Source of the DNA: an uncultured virus (IMG/VR IMGVR_UViG_3300034272_003223) | Lineage: Duplodnaviria; Heunggongvirae; Uroviricota; Caudoviricetes | DNA: 64,000 nucleotides | Strand: one strand, 5' to 3' | Virus record (IMG/VR): IMGVR_UViG_3300034272_003223 | Part shown: in pieces, positions 9,664-20,216 of the stretch | Layout: every line of letters begins with the position of its first letter | Position numbering within the stretch: the stretch's first letter is position 1 | Position numbers and translations under genes: made by a program | Notes under the pieces: generated by a model | What the model was told of the DNA's origin: nothing | Seen by the model: the letters and a program-made list of their open reading frames with translations, nothing else | Databases searched by the model: none

Positions 9664-12600
9664 TTACATAAAATTAGTGATAGAAGAATTCATGGATAAA
9701 TCAAATGCTGAGTTTTTAAGAATATCAGTTAAATCTGATATGTAAACTCCGCCACCGCCTCCGCCACCAGATGAAACTGGCGTAAATATAGTTGGCGATG
9801 TAATAATTGTATCACGCTGATGCTTACCACTAACTTGAATATCAAATTCAAACAATCCACTTTTTGTGTAAATGTCCAATCCGATAATTTTTGTATATGT
9901 AATGTTGGTTAATTTTTGACCGGTTGACCAGCCTCCAATTTCACCGATTTTATCAGTTGTTCTAAATTGAAAAACTACTGGCACTGTTATTGAAGCAGCC
10001 GATCCAGCCATAACTGTACGTTTAGATGATCTAGCGTTTGAACCATCTACTGAAATTGATGCATAAGATTGTGGCATCATAAACAAATATGCACCACAGG
10101 TCTTTTTACCAATTAAGTAATCATCGCCAGTACCAAATCCCAACTTAATTGGAAAAGTATTTAGGGCAGTATATAGCGCTCCGCCATATGCAGATGGCGA
10201 AACTGGTGTAACTCTTTCCGCTTGAGCATAATATGGTACGCCAAATTCGTTTGTTCCAGCTTCGACGCTTGTATTAAAGTGAATAGCTTGAGAAAACGGT
10301 AAATACTTTTGAGCAGTACTTGTTATAGTATTATTAGAAAATTCGTAAATAGAATTTGTAGTTAATCCTAAGAAAATATTGTTAATTGTTGCAGTAGACG
10401 GAGATGCAACTGTACCTAATACAGAAAAATACGGGTGGTCTTTATGAATACAAAACTCAGTATAGGTTCCATTTCCTTGACCTACACCATTTGTTACGGA
10501 ACCGTTCCAAACTTCAATTGCAGATCCTCCAGATGGAATTGATGGTAAGTAGTGTCCTCCCATATAATTAGGCTTTCCAGAAACTGCGTTTGCTGATTGA
10601 CTAAACGCATAGTTTTGGTTTGTAAAATATGAAGAAGGATTGGTGTTAGATCCAAATGCTGATGTATCTAATAGGTCACCATAATATAATCTCTTTCCAT
10701 TATCTGAGTTATAATATCTAGCATAGACGTATTGGCTTTTTACTTGAGCAGATTGATATCCTGTTCTTTGAGTAAATGCCGCAAAGCCTGCGCTAGCAAC
10801 TCCATTTAAGTTTAATGGAATCTTATCATATCTTAGATATGCATTGTATTGAGTATCTGTGTTTGCTCCTGGGAAAGAAGTTGGTGCAGCAACTCCAATA
10901 CCTCCACCTAGAGTTGAAACTAGTTCAAGCGGAGTTTGTGAAGCATTTCTAATCTTTACTTGATATTCCTTTGATACAATTTTTCCCTTATCTAATGCGC
11001 CATCTGCTAATTTAGCAGAGTCTACATAATATCCGGCGAATAGATCAACCATTTGACCATTTGTAACCTGAACTTCACTTCCTTCTGGTGTAACAATACT
11101 AACAATAAGTTCAGCAGTTGCAGTTGAAAGAGATGATTGAATTGCAGAAAGAGAATCAGCAATTTCCTTTAATTTATCATATAAAGAAATTGCAGTACCG
11201 TCTGCTAAGAAAAATCCAGATGCAATTGCATCAGTTGTATGTGAATAGTATTTGTCTTTACTACTAAACGCGGTTGATAGGTGAAGGTCTAACCCTCTAG
11301 CATTAAGTTCTTCTTGTAAAGCAATTCGACTTTCATCTGCCATTGCCTGTTGAGCAATCAAAGTATTTTCTTCAGACGATTGAATATTTGCTGGAAAATC
11401 TATAGTAATAGATTCTGACCAATCCGATTCAACTGGATTATCAGGAAAACCTGCTTCAGATAAAGATTTAATTTTAATTTCTACAGATTCCCCTTTTCTA
11501 ATTGCAATTTCTAATTGGTTAATGTTAACCGAATTTGGATCAGCTACATTTTCCTCTGTCCATTCATATAGGCCAGTTGTTGAATTATAAACCTTTTGTT
11601 TAGATTTAGTTAAAACTTCTGTCCATGGAGAAAAATATCCAGTACGTTGAGTTCCAGTAGAATCAGTAAATGTAATAGGATCAGCTGCGGATGCATCTTT
11701 ATTTGAACTTAAATATCGGTAAGCAATCTTAAACTGCACAGTTTTCTGTAAGCCATATGGCGAATTAATATCTGCTGGAATTTCCCAAAAACCTCTAACT
11801 CTATATTTAGGTGAAATGCTAAACTCAGGAGAAGTTTTTACATTTAATGAAAGTTCTTTAACTACAGTTGATAGCTGAGAAAAGGCTTGTGCTCTAGCTG
11901 AAGTTTTATTGTTTAAATCAGACTGAGCTTTTAAACGAATTGCATCGTTTTGGTTACCCGAAGAATTAATAGTTTTCTTAAGAGTATCAATCGATTTATC
12001 AAGCTCTCTTAGATTAGAGTTAATTGACTCTTTTTGCGAAACTAGATTTTTAACAGTTGATGCAGAATCAGTATTTGTTACATGAGAATCAATTTGTAAA
12101 ACTTTAAAATTTGCAGCATTTAATGCTGGGGCATTCGGTTGAAATCCTAATGAGTTAGGAAGTTTCTTTTCTTTAGCAAATGATAAAAATAGTAAACCAA
12201 AATCTGCTACAAAGTTATTATAGTATTCGTTTAGGGTTAAGTTTTGACCAGTTTGTAGAGTAATTTGAAGTTCATTTGTATAAATTCCAAAACCACTAGA
12301 AATAAAATCTACAGTTAAGTCCATTTTTGAACTAATTGGTTTGATGAAAATTACTTCTCTTTCATTATAACCAATATTTACTGCAAGAATAGGTGAACGG
12401 TATATTTCCGGTTTAATTCTTAGGTTTTCAAATAAAACAATACCATCTGAACCAAATACGCGTTTTAAAATAACTGACTTGTCTTTAGTATCAACTGATT
12501 CAACTAAATATTCTGAATTTTCTTCAGTAATTAATCTTGAGCCAACTGATAATTCTCGGCGCTGTGCCGCTGGAGTAGATCCAGTAACATCAGTATAGTC

Positions 12601-13359
12601 TAATCTATCTAAAACATACTTTATTTTGCTATAGCTTAGGATTTCTCCGTTAATCGTTTCAGGAACGGTGATTTCCGATATAGTTTGGACTTTAAACGTT
12701 CCTCTATATCTGTTAATTGCACCAGGTAAATCAACGATATTTGTATCTTCGAAATAAGAGATTCCATTGTTTACTAAATCATTTAGTAAAGTAGTATAGT
12801 TGATTGTATTTTTTCCATTATAATTATTATTAAAATACGTAATTAAGTCAGTATCTTCTCCAACATTAACAATTACTCGACGAACTTCAAACTTAGAAAT
12901 ATCATCAGCCATATAATTGGTTACATCGATCGGAACATATAATAGTGGGCTAAGGAAACTTTCAAAAAACCAGTTGTTTTTGGTTTTAAATCTAGTCGGT
13001 AGGCTAAGCGACGCATCCCCAATTTTCTCTAAATCAGAGATAGTTTGAGTAATATCATTAAGCTCGAATCTTTTAACATTTCCCTGATCGTCTTTAATTC
13101 CAATGGTATTTCCATTTGCATTTATTAAAGTCTTAAATTTAGCATCAATTTCCTCAATGCGACCATTCATATAACCAATCGAAGGAATTGGAATAGTCGT
13201 ACTTGTAGTAGGATCGTCTGTGTTAATTTGAGTAACTTCAACTTGGCTAGAATTTGTAGTCAGAGCTTGATTCATTTTTGAAATAAGCTCTTGTGCGTTT
13301 GCTGACTGTACGCCAAGTGAACCTAGGATCTCTGATAAAGAGTTTGTTTCTTCAGCCAT
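9664..13359 (-). CDS. virion structural protein with central coiled coil, 1231 aa
   Basis: Coiled-coil segment (KESINSNLRELDKSIDTLKK), FN3-like SDWSE motif, TAATG coupling to the upstream gene. Confidence 0.55.
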   Translation of the reverse strand: MAEETNSLSEILGSLGVQSANAQELISKMNQALTTNSSQVEVTQINTDDPTTSTTIPIPSIGYMNGRIEEIDAKFKTLINANGNTIGIKDDQGNVKRFELNDITQTISDLEKIGDASLSLPTRFKTKNNWFFESFLSPLLYVPIDVTNYMADDISKFEVRRVIVNVGEDTDLITYFNNNYNGKNTINYTTLLNDLVNNGISYFEDTNIVDLPGAINRYRGTFKVQTISEITVPETINGEILSYSKIKYVLDRLDYTDVTGSTPAAQRRELSVGSRLITEENSEYLVESVDTKDKSVILKRVFGSDGIVLFENLRIKPEIYRSPILAVNIGYNEREVIFIKPISSKMDLTVDFISSGFGIYTNELQITLQTGQNLTLNEYYNNFVADFGLLFLSFAKEKKLPNSLGFQPNAPALNAANFKVLQIDSHVTNTDSASTVKNLVSQKESINSNLRELDKSIDTLKKTINSSGNQNDAIRLKAQSDLNNKTSARAQAFSQLSTVVKELSLNVKTSPEFSISPKYRVRGFWEIPADINSPYGLQKTVQFKIAYRYLSSNKDASAADPITFTDSTGTQRTGYFSPWTEVLTKSKQKVYNSTTGLYEWTEENVADPNSVNINQLEIAIRKGESVEIKIKSLSEAGFPDNPVESDWSESITIDFPANIQSSEENTLIAQQAMADESRIALQEELNARGLDLHLSTAFSSKDKYYSHTTDAIASGFFLADGTAISLYDKLKEIADSLSAIQSSLSTATAELIVSIVTPEGSEVQVTNGQMVDLFAGYYVDSAKLADGALDKGKIVSKEYQVKIRNASQTPLELVSTLGGGIGVAAPTSFPGANTDTQYNAYLRYDKIPLNLNGVASAGFAAFTQRTGYQSAQVKSQYVYARYYNSDNGKRLYYGDLLDTSAFGSNTNPSSYFTNQNYAFSQSANAVSGKPNYMGGHYLPSIPSGGSAIEVWNGSVTNGVGQGNGTYTEFCIHKDHPYFSVLGTVASPSTATINNIFLGLTTNSIYEFSNNTITSTAQKYLPFSQAIHFNTSVEAGTNEFGVPYYAQAERVTPVSPSAYGGALYTALNTFPIKLGFGTGDDYLIGKKTCGAYLFMMPQSYASISVDGSNARSSKRTVMAGSAASITVPVVFQFRTTDKIGEIGGWSTGQKLTNITYTKIIGLDIYTKSGLFEFDIQVSGKHQRDTIITSPTIFTPVSSGGGGGGGVYISDLTDILKNSAFDLSMNSSITNFM

Positions 13360-15488
13360 TATCGTATTCTATCTATTTTAAAGTCCAAGTTTAAAGAATC
13401 TGTACAGATTATTTCAAAAATAGGGCGATTATCGCTGGACCAGCCGTAATCTGTTAAAACTCCTATTCTTGTATTATATGCTTGAGTAACATTAGAAAAA
13501 TCTAAATTTGTTGATCTTGCAAGAGCATCTGTTGAAAGTGTGATAGTATAACCATTTAGGATAACTGGATCGGCAAACACTAAACGTAGAACTTGACCCT
13601 TTTTCCATTGAGTTAGGGTATCGTTAACTTTAAGTGTAATGTTTCCGGTAAGAGTGTGCGAATTTCCAGATTTTTCGTGTCTATAGTAATTAGTAAACGG
13701 TACTAACGCAATTGACTGCGCAAGCGAAATATCAAATATTGGAGTAATTTCAAAGTTATAATCTGGGGTTTCATTATTAATACTTACCTGATTATTAACT
13801 GAGCGACTAACTCCGATTCCGGTTCCACTCTTTACTACATCCGTATTATATGCAACCTCTAATGAAGTTTTACCTTGTACAAAATTAGAAAGTTGACCTT
13901 CTACATTTGTAATTTTTTCAATAACGTTTTTAGTATTTAAGAATAGGGCGCTATTTGCTAGAAGAGCCTTTTCTAAGCTAGATAATCTAGCCTCAATATC
14001 AGAAGTTTTGCTAGTAGTCAATAGACTGGCTTTGGCTTTTTCCCAATCTGTTTGTAGGGCTGCATATTTTGCAAGCCTATCCTCTTGATTAATCGCAATT
14101 GTTTGAAATCTATTCATTAAGTCAACAAATAAATCTAAGCTAAATCCAGCGTTTGCATTAATGTTTTTAACTGGCTCAATTGCAACATCTTCAATTGAAG
14201 TATCAAATTTAACATTTAATTTAAACGCATATGAGTTTCCATTAATTTTGCTTAATGGATCTGGTTTGTATTTAGTTAATCTTGGAATTTCAAATTCAAG
14301 ACCATTTGATTGAATCTTATTTAGGAACAAGACTCCATATAGATTTTTTGCTTTTAATACTTTTGTTACTGGATCAATCACGTCATAATAAACTAAAACT
14401 GTGTTAAAGTCAAAGTTTTTATTTTGTACGTTAATATCATTTAGCGCAGAAAATGATGTTACTGCATTTTGAGTTGCAACTAAATAGTCAGAAAGTTTAA
14501 AATCAATACAAACTCCATCTAGTGTAGATCTAGTGTAACTTATTGTAGTCGATACTCCACTAGTAACCTTGGTCTTTTTAATCTTTTTATTTACAGCAGT
14601 ATTATATTTCCAAGCAGCAAGCTGTGTATTATAAGTACCATCTGTATAGTATGAATTATTAAGGGTTCCTTGAAACCAGTTTTGCGTAGTATATGTGCTA
14701 CCGCCATATGCGGCTTGTTCTAATGTGACTGTCGAATCATCTAAATCATAGAATGCATTTAGACTTAATCCTTGCGGGTGAACATCTGTATAGTGACGAC
14801 CAACAATTGTTTCTCTATCTTCTGGTAACTCTGGTGTATGTGTAATCGCCATATTTGGTCTATAATTAGCATCCTCAACAGAGTTAAACAATATGTATGG
14901 AGTCGATCCGGCATTGTTTGGAACATGCAAATATAATTCGCTATATGAGTTTTCTTTACCTTTATATGAATTTACAATATCGATTTCTCCAATATATTGG
15001 ACAACTTTGGAATATGAAGAACCTACTGTCATATTTTCTTCTGCAAATATTCCAGTTTGAGATGTTTCTAGTGTATTTGCATCTCTCCAGCGAATTGCAC
15101 CAGATTCCTTTAACCATTTCCAAAAAACTCTCTCTGATACATTGAGAGGAAGGTCTCTACTATATGAAGTTTGAGAAATTAAAAGAGCTTCTAAATTTAA
15201 CGCGTAGTTTTGAAAGCTTTGTGCTAAATTGTAATTTTGGTTGCTTTGATTATAAAGACCTGGGTCGGTCATTAAAGTTTCACCTTGAGCTTTAAAAAAT
15301 AGCTTGTTATCTGAAGGAGTTCCGTCTGGAGTTCCAACATTAGGTAAATTTAAAAGCACAAAGTTAGAAAACTTAAATTGATTACCACTATTGTTAAATG
15401 ATAGAGTTAAGTCTTCTAACGAACTTTGAAAGGTATAAAATATACCCTTTCTAGTTGTAATAGGTTTTATAATAGGAGCAACTGCCAT
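13359..15488 (-). CDS. virion structural protein (baseplate/tail region), 709 aa
   Basis: Structural-cluster context; coiled coil (IEARLSSLEKAL); recalled resemblance to conserved jumbo-myophage structural proteins, not verified. Confidence 0.55.
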   Translation of the reverse strand: MAVAPIIKPITTRKGIFYTFQSSLEDLTLSFNNSGNQFKFSNFVLLNLPNVGTPDGTPSDNKLFFKAQGETLMTDPGLYNQSNQNYNLAQSFQNYALNLEALLISQTSYSRDLPLNVSERVFWKWLKESGAIRWRDANTLETSQTGIFAEENMTVGSSYSKVVQYIGEIDIVNSYKGKENSYSELYLHVPNNAGSTPYILFNSVEDANYRPNMAITHTPELPEDRETIVGRHYTDVHPQGLSLNAFYDLDDSTVTLEQAAYGGSTYTTQNWFQGTLNNSYYTDGTYNTQLAAWKYNTAVNKKIKKTKVTSGVSTTISYTRSTLDGVCIDFKLSDYLVATQNAVTSFSALNDINVQNKNFDFNTVLVYYDVIDPVTKVLKAKNLYGVLFLNKIQSNGLEFEIPRLTKYKPDPLSKINGNSYAFKLNVKFDTSIEDVAIEPVKNINANAGFSLDLFVDLMNRFQTIAINQEDRLAKYAALQTDWEKAKASLLTTSKTSDIEARLSSLEKALLANSALFLNTKNVIEKITNVEGQLSNFVQGKTSLEVAYNTDVVKSGTGIGVSRSVNNQVSINNETPDYNFEITPIFDISLAQSIALVPFTNYYRHEKSGNSHTLTGNITLKVNDTLTQWKKGQVLRLVFADPVILNGYTITLSTDALARSTNLDFSNVTQAYNTRIGVLTDYGWSSDNRPIFEIICTDSLNLDFKIDRIR

Positions 15489-15509
15489 TTTGCGCTCTGG
15501 GTTTTATTT

Positions 15510-16532
15510 TTAGATGTTATAAACTGCGTTTGAATCTCCAGTTACAACAAGTCTTGCTTGGTTATTTCCCCAAGTTGAAGGTAAGTTTGCACTGTTTTTA
15601 ACAGTACCTACATTCATTAGAGTAACAGATGAATTAAATAGATTTGTGCTTAATCCAACTGCCCATTGTGAAGCAAGTGTAGTATGAGTCGAATCTAGTC
15701 CTACTGCATCTTGATCCATTATTGCAAAATCTTGTCCTATAATTCTAATTTTATGCGTAGCTGAGTTTGCCGCAGCAAAAGTTTCATACGTTCCACTTAC
15801 GTGAGTTGTGGTACCACCAGTAGTATAGGTAATTGCTCGTACCATAATTTTAAATTCTTGACCTGGTCTTATTGGAGAGTTTGTATCGTTTATTAGAACA
15901 ATATCAATACCATCTGTAATGGTGCTTTGGAAAGCACTTCCACTATAAAATGAGCTAGCGTCTAGAGTTAATATAATTAAGGATTTGCTTGTTGCAGTTA
16001 GAGTAACTTCGGCTTTTGCACGGTTTGCACCAGATACCGCGACTAGATTTTTTGTAACGTCTTCCTTACTATTAGAGAAGCTTCCAGTAATATTAACTGA
16101 ACCTGCTAAGTTAGATTGACCGTTTGCTGTAATTGCTCCGGTGAAAGTTGATGTACCAGAGATAGCAAGGCCAGCTGAAGTAATTGAAGAATTAGCGACT
16201 AAGGTTCCAGTTGTAATTTTACCTACAAGAGCACTGTTAACCGTTTCAGTTTCAAATTTAATTAAATCTGCAGTACCGTTTACATTTTTAAAATATAACT
16301 GTCCGTTTTGAATAGTTAATACCCTTGTTTTTAACTCAGTTAGTGGAGTTAGGGTAGAATCTGGGTCAACTCCGATCTTTTTATCAGAAAGATCAATTTT
16401 TAAGTTGTTAATTAGATCTTCTAGTTTACTCTTAAGCAATCCGACATTGCTATTTGAGATAATACGCATATCTGAAACATACGTGGTTTCTAGAATTTCT
16501 TGTGTTGATAGTGATAGTGCAACAAAAGCCAT
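15510..16532 (-). CDS. putative fibre/spike-like structural protein
   Basis: Beta-helix-like repeats (LAISGTSTFTGAITANGQSNLAGSVNITG); preceded by a late-promoter box. Confidence 0.5.
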   Translation of the reverse strand: MAFVALSLSTQEILETTYVSDMRIISNSNVGLLKSKLEDLINNLKIDLSDKKIGVDPDSTLTPLTELKTRVLTIQNGQLYFKNVNGTADLIKFETETVNSALVGKITTGTLVANSSITSAGLAISGTSTFTGAITANGQSNLAGSVNITGSFSNSKEDVTKNLVAVSGANRAKAEVTLTATSKSLIILTLDASSFYSGSAFQSTITDGIDIVLINDTNSPIRPGQEFKIMVRAITYTTGGTTTHVSGTYETFAAANSATHKIRIIGQDFAIMDQDAVGLDSTHTTLASQWAVGLSTNLFNSSVTLMNVGTVKNSANLPSTWGNNQARLVVTGDSNAVYNI

Positions 16533-16552
16533 TTGTTTTTTCTATTTTTTGT

Positions 16553-16561
16553 TATTTATTA
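16553..16561 (-). promoter_or_regulatory. T4-like late promoter (TAATAAATA)
   Basis: Variant of the T4 gp55 box TATAAATA about 20 nt upstream of the start at 16532. Confidence 0.7.
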
Positions 16562-16625
16562 GTAGAGTGTCGCCTCACAAATAATGGACGACTAGCCTTC
16601 TTGTACTCAAAAAATAGAAACTGGC

Positions 16626-17450
16626 TTACGGATTACTTAAATTTATTGTAGAGCCGTCATTTCGATTAATTATCGTACCATCTGATAGGATTTCATAATC
16701 GTCGAAGTTAATATCTATCATCTGAGAATCGGCATTTAGTGTATTTTTTGCTAAACTTGAAGTAATTTCTCTTGAATTTAAACTGTTTTCGATATAATCT
16801 ATGTAGGCTTCTTTAGATAGAACCTTTACGAATTGACTAGATGGCAGTGGGTGTTCATTGCCCCAAAGGTCAATTACTGTACCAGATATTTCATATTCGC
16901 CAATTTTATCGAATCTCCAAATAAAGGTCCAGCCTGCTTCAACCTCAATTATGGTTTTTGGAGCAGATCCTGCAGTTATATCAGTTAATTTCCAAAAAAC
17001 TTTAGATTTTCCCATAACCTCCCTGGCTGAGATAAACACAGGAAGATGCGTTGGAACAGTCAATCGATCAGTCGCAATTTTTAATTCGGATACGTCTAGG
17101 GAATTTTTGGTAAAAAATGCTGGAATAAATCCAACCTGTTTTCCATCTTTATATGAAATAAAACCTCGGTTTTTCCAGTATTCTGGCTCAGAAACTTTTC
17201 TAGTTACCTCGACTCCATTTTCAATAAATTTTCTTCCATATATTTGATCGTTAAGTGGTGCATATACCATAAGATTCTCAACATCAAACTCTGGAATAAC
17301 TCCATATAATTTTAGTTGTTCAAGGTTTCCCATTTGTTCCTTTGAATAAGTATCAACTGGTTCATAATAAGAGTACTTATTTGCAGAAGTAAATGTAACA
17401 TTTGCACTAGGTAATCCAATTGTCGATATATTAATATAAGTTATTGGCAT
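16626..17450 (-). CDS. structural protein with PKD/Ig-like C-terminal domain
   Basis: VFWKL...FIWRFDKIGEYEISGTVIDLWGN, similar to a segment of the 855-aa protein; TAATG coupling. Confidence 0.45.
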   Translation of the reverse strand: MPITYINISTIGLPSANVTFTSANKYSYYEPVDTYSKEQMGNLEQLKLYGVIPEFDVENLMVYAPLNDQIYGRKFIENGVEVTRKVSEPEYWKNRGFISYKDGKQVGFIPAFFTKNSLDVSELKIATDRLTVPTHLPVFISAREVMGKSKVFWKLTDITAGSAPKTIIEVEAGWTFIWRFDKIGEYEISGTVIDLWGNEHPLPSSQFVKVLSKEAYIDYIENSLNSREITSSLAKNTLNADSQMIDINFDDYEILSDGTIINRNDGSTINLSNP

Positions 17451-20215
17451 TAATTGTGATCAATTTTTAATTTAGCAGATCTTACTCCAATACTAGATGG
17501 TTGAACTCTAATCTTAACATCGTAAGTATTTCCAGGAGTAATTGTAATATTATTAATAATTGCAACAACGTTTTCAGTTTGACCTGATCCAAGAACTAAT
17601 TTAAATTCATCTCCATCCTGATCTATTGATATTGAAGCAATTTCAAGATTTGTGCCAGTTGAGGTATTTGTAATTGGAACAGTTAAATCTCTATCAGCAC
17701 CAACCTCTGTTGAATTAAATACAATTGTTTCGTTTGCGGTTCCAACATTAAAACTTGGGGCACTAACTAGTGTTGAGACATTAATCGTATTAGATACTAC
17801 GGCATTTGGGCCTTTTACTCTAATTGCGAAAAGATCAGTTCCTGTATAATTTGAAGTTGGAATATATCTAATTCCGTAATTTAGGATAGACAAAGTTCCT
17901 TGACTAGGCTGTGTAACTATTTCAAACCCATTAAATGAGGATCCATTTAGATTAACATACGGTAAGGTATTAATATCAACATAAGTATTTCTTGATACTA
18001 TTTGTTGTGGAATTTGTGCTAATATTGGAGAAGGCGGTTGAACGGTTAGGGTAGCTGTAACTGTTGAGGTTTGTGCAGTTGGCATATTATCATTAACCGC
18101 AGTCGCTGTAATCGTATAGGTACCAGTCGGTACAGTTGTATATGTGACTGGGCTATCTGGCGAGCCTATTCCTAATGAAGAACTAATTGTATAGGTTTTA
18201 GCATATTGAGTAGATACGTTGATTGTTACATTACTACCGCTTATTACTGGTGATGAAAATATTCCAGGATTGCTAAAGGATATTGTTGGAAATGGTGCAA
18301 GCACCTCTACTTGAAATTGTTTAGAAAAACTATTTGATAGCGATGTGTTTTTAAATGGTGACGTATAATTAATAGTTAGAGTGGGAGTAATACTCTCATA
18401 TGCTGGATTTACTCCCCAAAGAGCAGTAAACGATCTAGTTGAGTTATTTACGTTAATTAATGGAATGACAGTCGATCCAGTTTGAGTTACCGTAATACCA
18501 TATAGAGAATCTTCAGAAAATTCTGGAATCCACTCTGGATAAGTTGAGGTGGCTCCAACTTGAATTGTTCCAGAAATACCTTGTCTTAATAGTTGATTTG
18601 CAATATATGTATCGCTGATTGGCTCTCCTACTACAACTTCTTCGTATACTTGAAATCCAACTGAATCTTCAAATGCACCCTTAAGACCAAACCTATAATA
18701 ACCAGGTACTCTTGGTCTAAAAGATACTGAGATTAATCCCTGTCCATATTGATAATATGAAAATCCTGGAATTTCTGGTAAAGAATTTAAGTCAGTATTT
18801 GGAGTTACCTGTGCAATATTTTGCCAATCAGTTTCACCTGGGCTGGTTTTTTGTTGAATTGTCCAAAGAAGAGTTGCAGAGTTTACTTGTTGTAAATTTG
18901 CAGAAATCTTATAGACTCCTGGAATAGGATCATCTGGCGACTGTTCAATAATAGAAACGTAAGTTCTATCTTGGTTTGCAGCGGATGCGGTAATATATGA
19001 ATAAGATTGAGATGTTCCAACACTACCGGAGATGGCCTCGGCTGCAATACTAAGAGACGCTAGGTTTTGGCCCTGTGGAACACTACTGGTTGTAAAAGTT
19101 ACAAAGCTTGAATATAAGTAAGAGCCATCTGATCCCTGAAGATATGCTTTTAAATAGTACGGACGGTTTGCAGTTAACCCTGAAAGTTGGGTAACTAAAT
19201 TAGATGGACTAATTTCTGAATTAAATGGACCAGATTCAAATCTAACTACGCCCGGCTGTCCTATTTCTAAGTTTGTAGAATTATCTAGTTTGTAAATAAC
19301 ACCATATCTAACGTAAACATCGCCTCCGCTATTAGTAAAGGTTGAAGTACTGGTTGCACTGGTTTGCGTAATATCACTTATTGTTGGGGTAGTAATTGTA
19401 CTTGCACCAACTGTACTAAAACTTCCAGTAGGTGATGTCCCTACTCCGGTTGAGTTTGTTGCAGCTGCAGTTAATGTATACGCAGATCCAGCAATCAATC
19501 CATTAAATTGAACAGATATTCCAAGAGAAAAATCAGTAAGGGTTTGGGTTCCAACTTGCGTACCATTTTTAAACAATTTAAATTGAACACTAGTTACAGT
19601 ACTACCGCCGTTATTTGAAATTGTGGTTGTTGCAATTACTGAGGTTGCTGTAATTGAACTAAAGGTCGGTGTTGTTAGCGTGGCAACCGTACCGGTTTGA
19701 GGTGGAGTACACGCTCGATATCGAATGGTTTCGCCTATACACTCTCCTCCGTTTGACGCTGGTGTAACAACATATCTGGTTTGTTGTTCTTGATATGATC
19801 CATTAATTAATTGACATGGACCCCAAGCTCCAACTACAAATGACTCTTGGGTTGCACCATAACCCCAATCGCTTAATACGCAATTGACTGGGCTTCCTCC
19901 AACTACACATTCGTTATGATCAAAACATGAAGTAAATCCTCCAGAAACTGTTATGTCATATTGACCTGGATCAAACACATAGTCGCCGTATACCCTAATT
20001 AAAGGTTGTGAGGTTGAACATACTGCTAAAGTTACAATTGACCCAGTTTGACTTTGAAACCAGTTTGAAGCTTGTACAATATTCGACTGGTTACTAGAAA
20101 AATCAGTATATTGAAACTCGACTGCATTAATTGGCGTTTGGTTAGTATCAATGTCAATTTGATAGCAAAATGGACTTCCTTCTATGTTTTCCGGTTGATC
20201 TATGAATGATGGCAT
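17450..20215 (-). CDS. multidomain virion adhesin (TSP1-like, 2x FN3, Ig/cadherin-like, C-terminal ASH/choice-of-anchor-D-like)
   Basis: PVNCVLSDW...WGPC...QTRYVVTPASNGGEC; GLIAGSAYTLTAAATN and GLTANRPYYLKAY (FN3); YIPTSNYTGTDLF (Big/cadherin-like); FNSTEVG...ITNT...ITPG...VQPSSIG (ASH-like). Confidence 0.7.
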   Translation of the reverse strand: MPSFIDQPENIEGSPFCYQIDIDTNQTPINAVEFQYTDFSSNQSNIVQASNWFQSQTGSIVTLAVCSTSQPLIRVYGDYVFDPGQYDITVSGGFTSCFDHNECVVGGSPVNCVLSDWGYGATQESFVVGAWGPCQLINGSYQEQQTRYVVTPASNGGECIGETIRYRACTPPQTGTVATLTTPTFSSITATSVIATTTISNNGGSTVTSVQFKLFKNGTQVGTQTLTDFSLGISVQFNGLIAGSAYTLTAAATNSTGVGTSPTGSFSTVGASTITTPTISDITQTSATSTSTFTNSGGDVYVRYGVIYKLDNSTNLEIGQPGVVRFESGPFNSEISPSNLVTQLSGLTANRPYYLKAYLQGSDGSYLYSSFVTFTTSSVPQGQNLASLSIAAEAISGSVGTSQSYSYITASAANQDRTYVSIIEQSPDDPIPGVYKISANLQQVNSATLLWTIQQKTSPGETDWQNIAQVTPNTDLNSLPEIPGFSYYQYGQGLISVSFRPRVPGYYRFGLKGAFEDSVGFQVYEEVVVGEPISDTYIANQLLRQGISGTIQVGATSTYPEWIPEFSEDSLYGITVTQTGSTVIPLINVNNSTRSFTALWGVNPAYESITPTLTINYTSPFKNTSLSNSFSKQFQVEVLAPFPTISFSNPGIFSSPVISGSNVTINVSTQYAKTYTISSSLGIGSPDSPVTYTTVPTGTYTITATAVNDNMPTAQTSTVTATLTVQPPSPILAQIPQQIVSRNTYVDINTLPYVNLNGSSFNGFEIVTQPSQGTLSILNYGIRYIPTSNYTGTDLFAIRVKGPNAVVSNTINVSTLVSAPSFNVGTANETIVFNSTEVGADRDLTVPITNTSTGTNLEIASISIDQDGDEFKLVLGSGQTENVVAIINNITITPGNTYDVKIRVQPSSIGVRSAKLKIDHN

Positions 20216-20216
20216 A

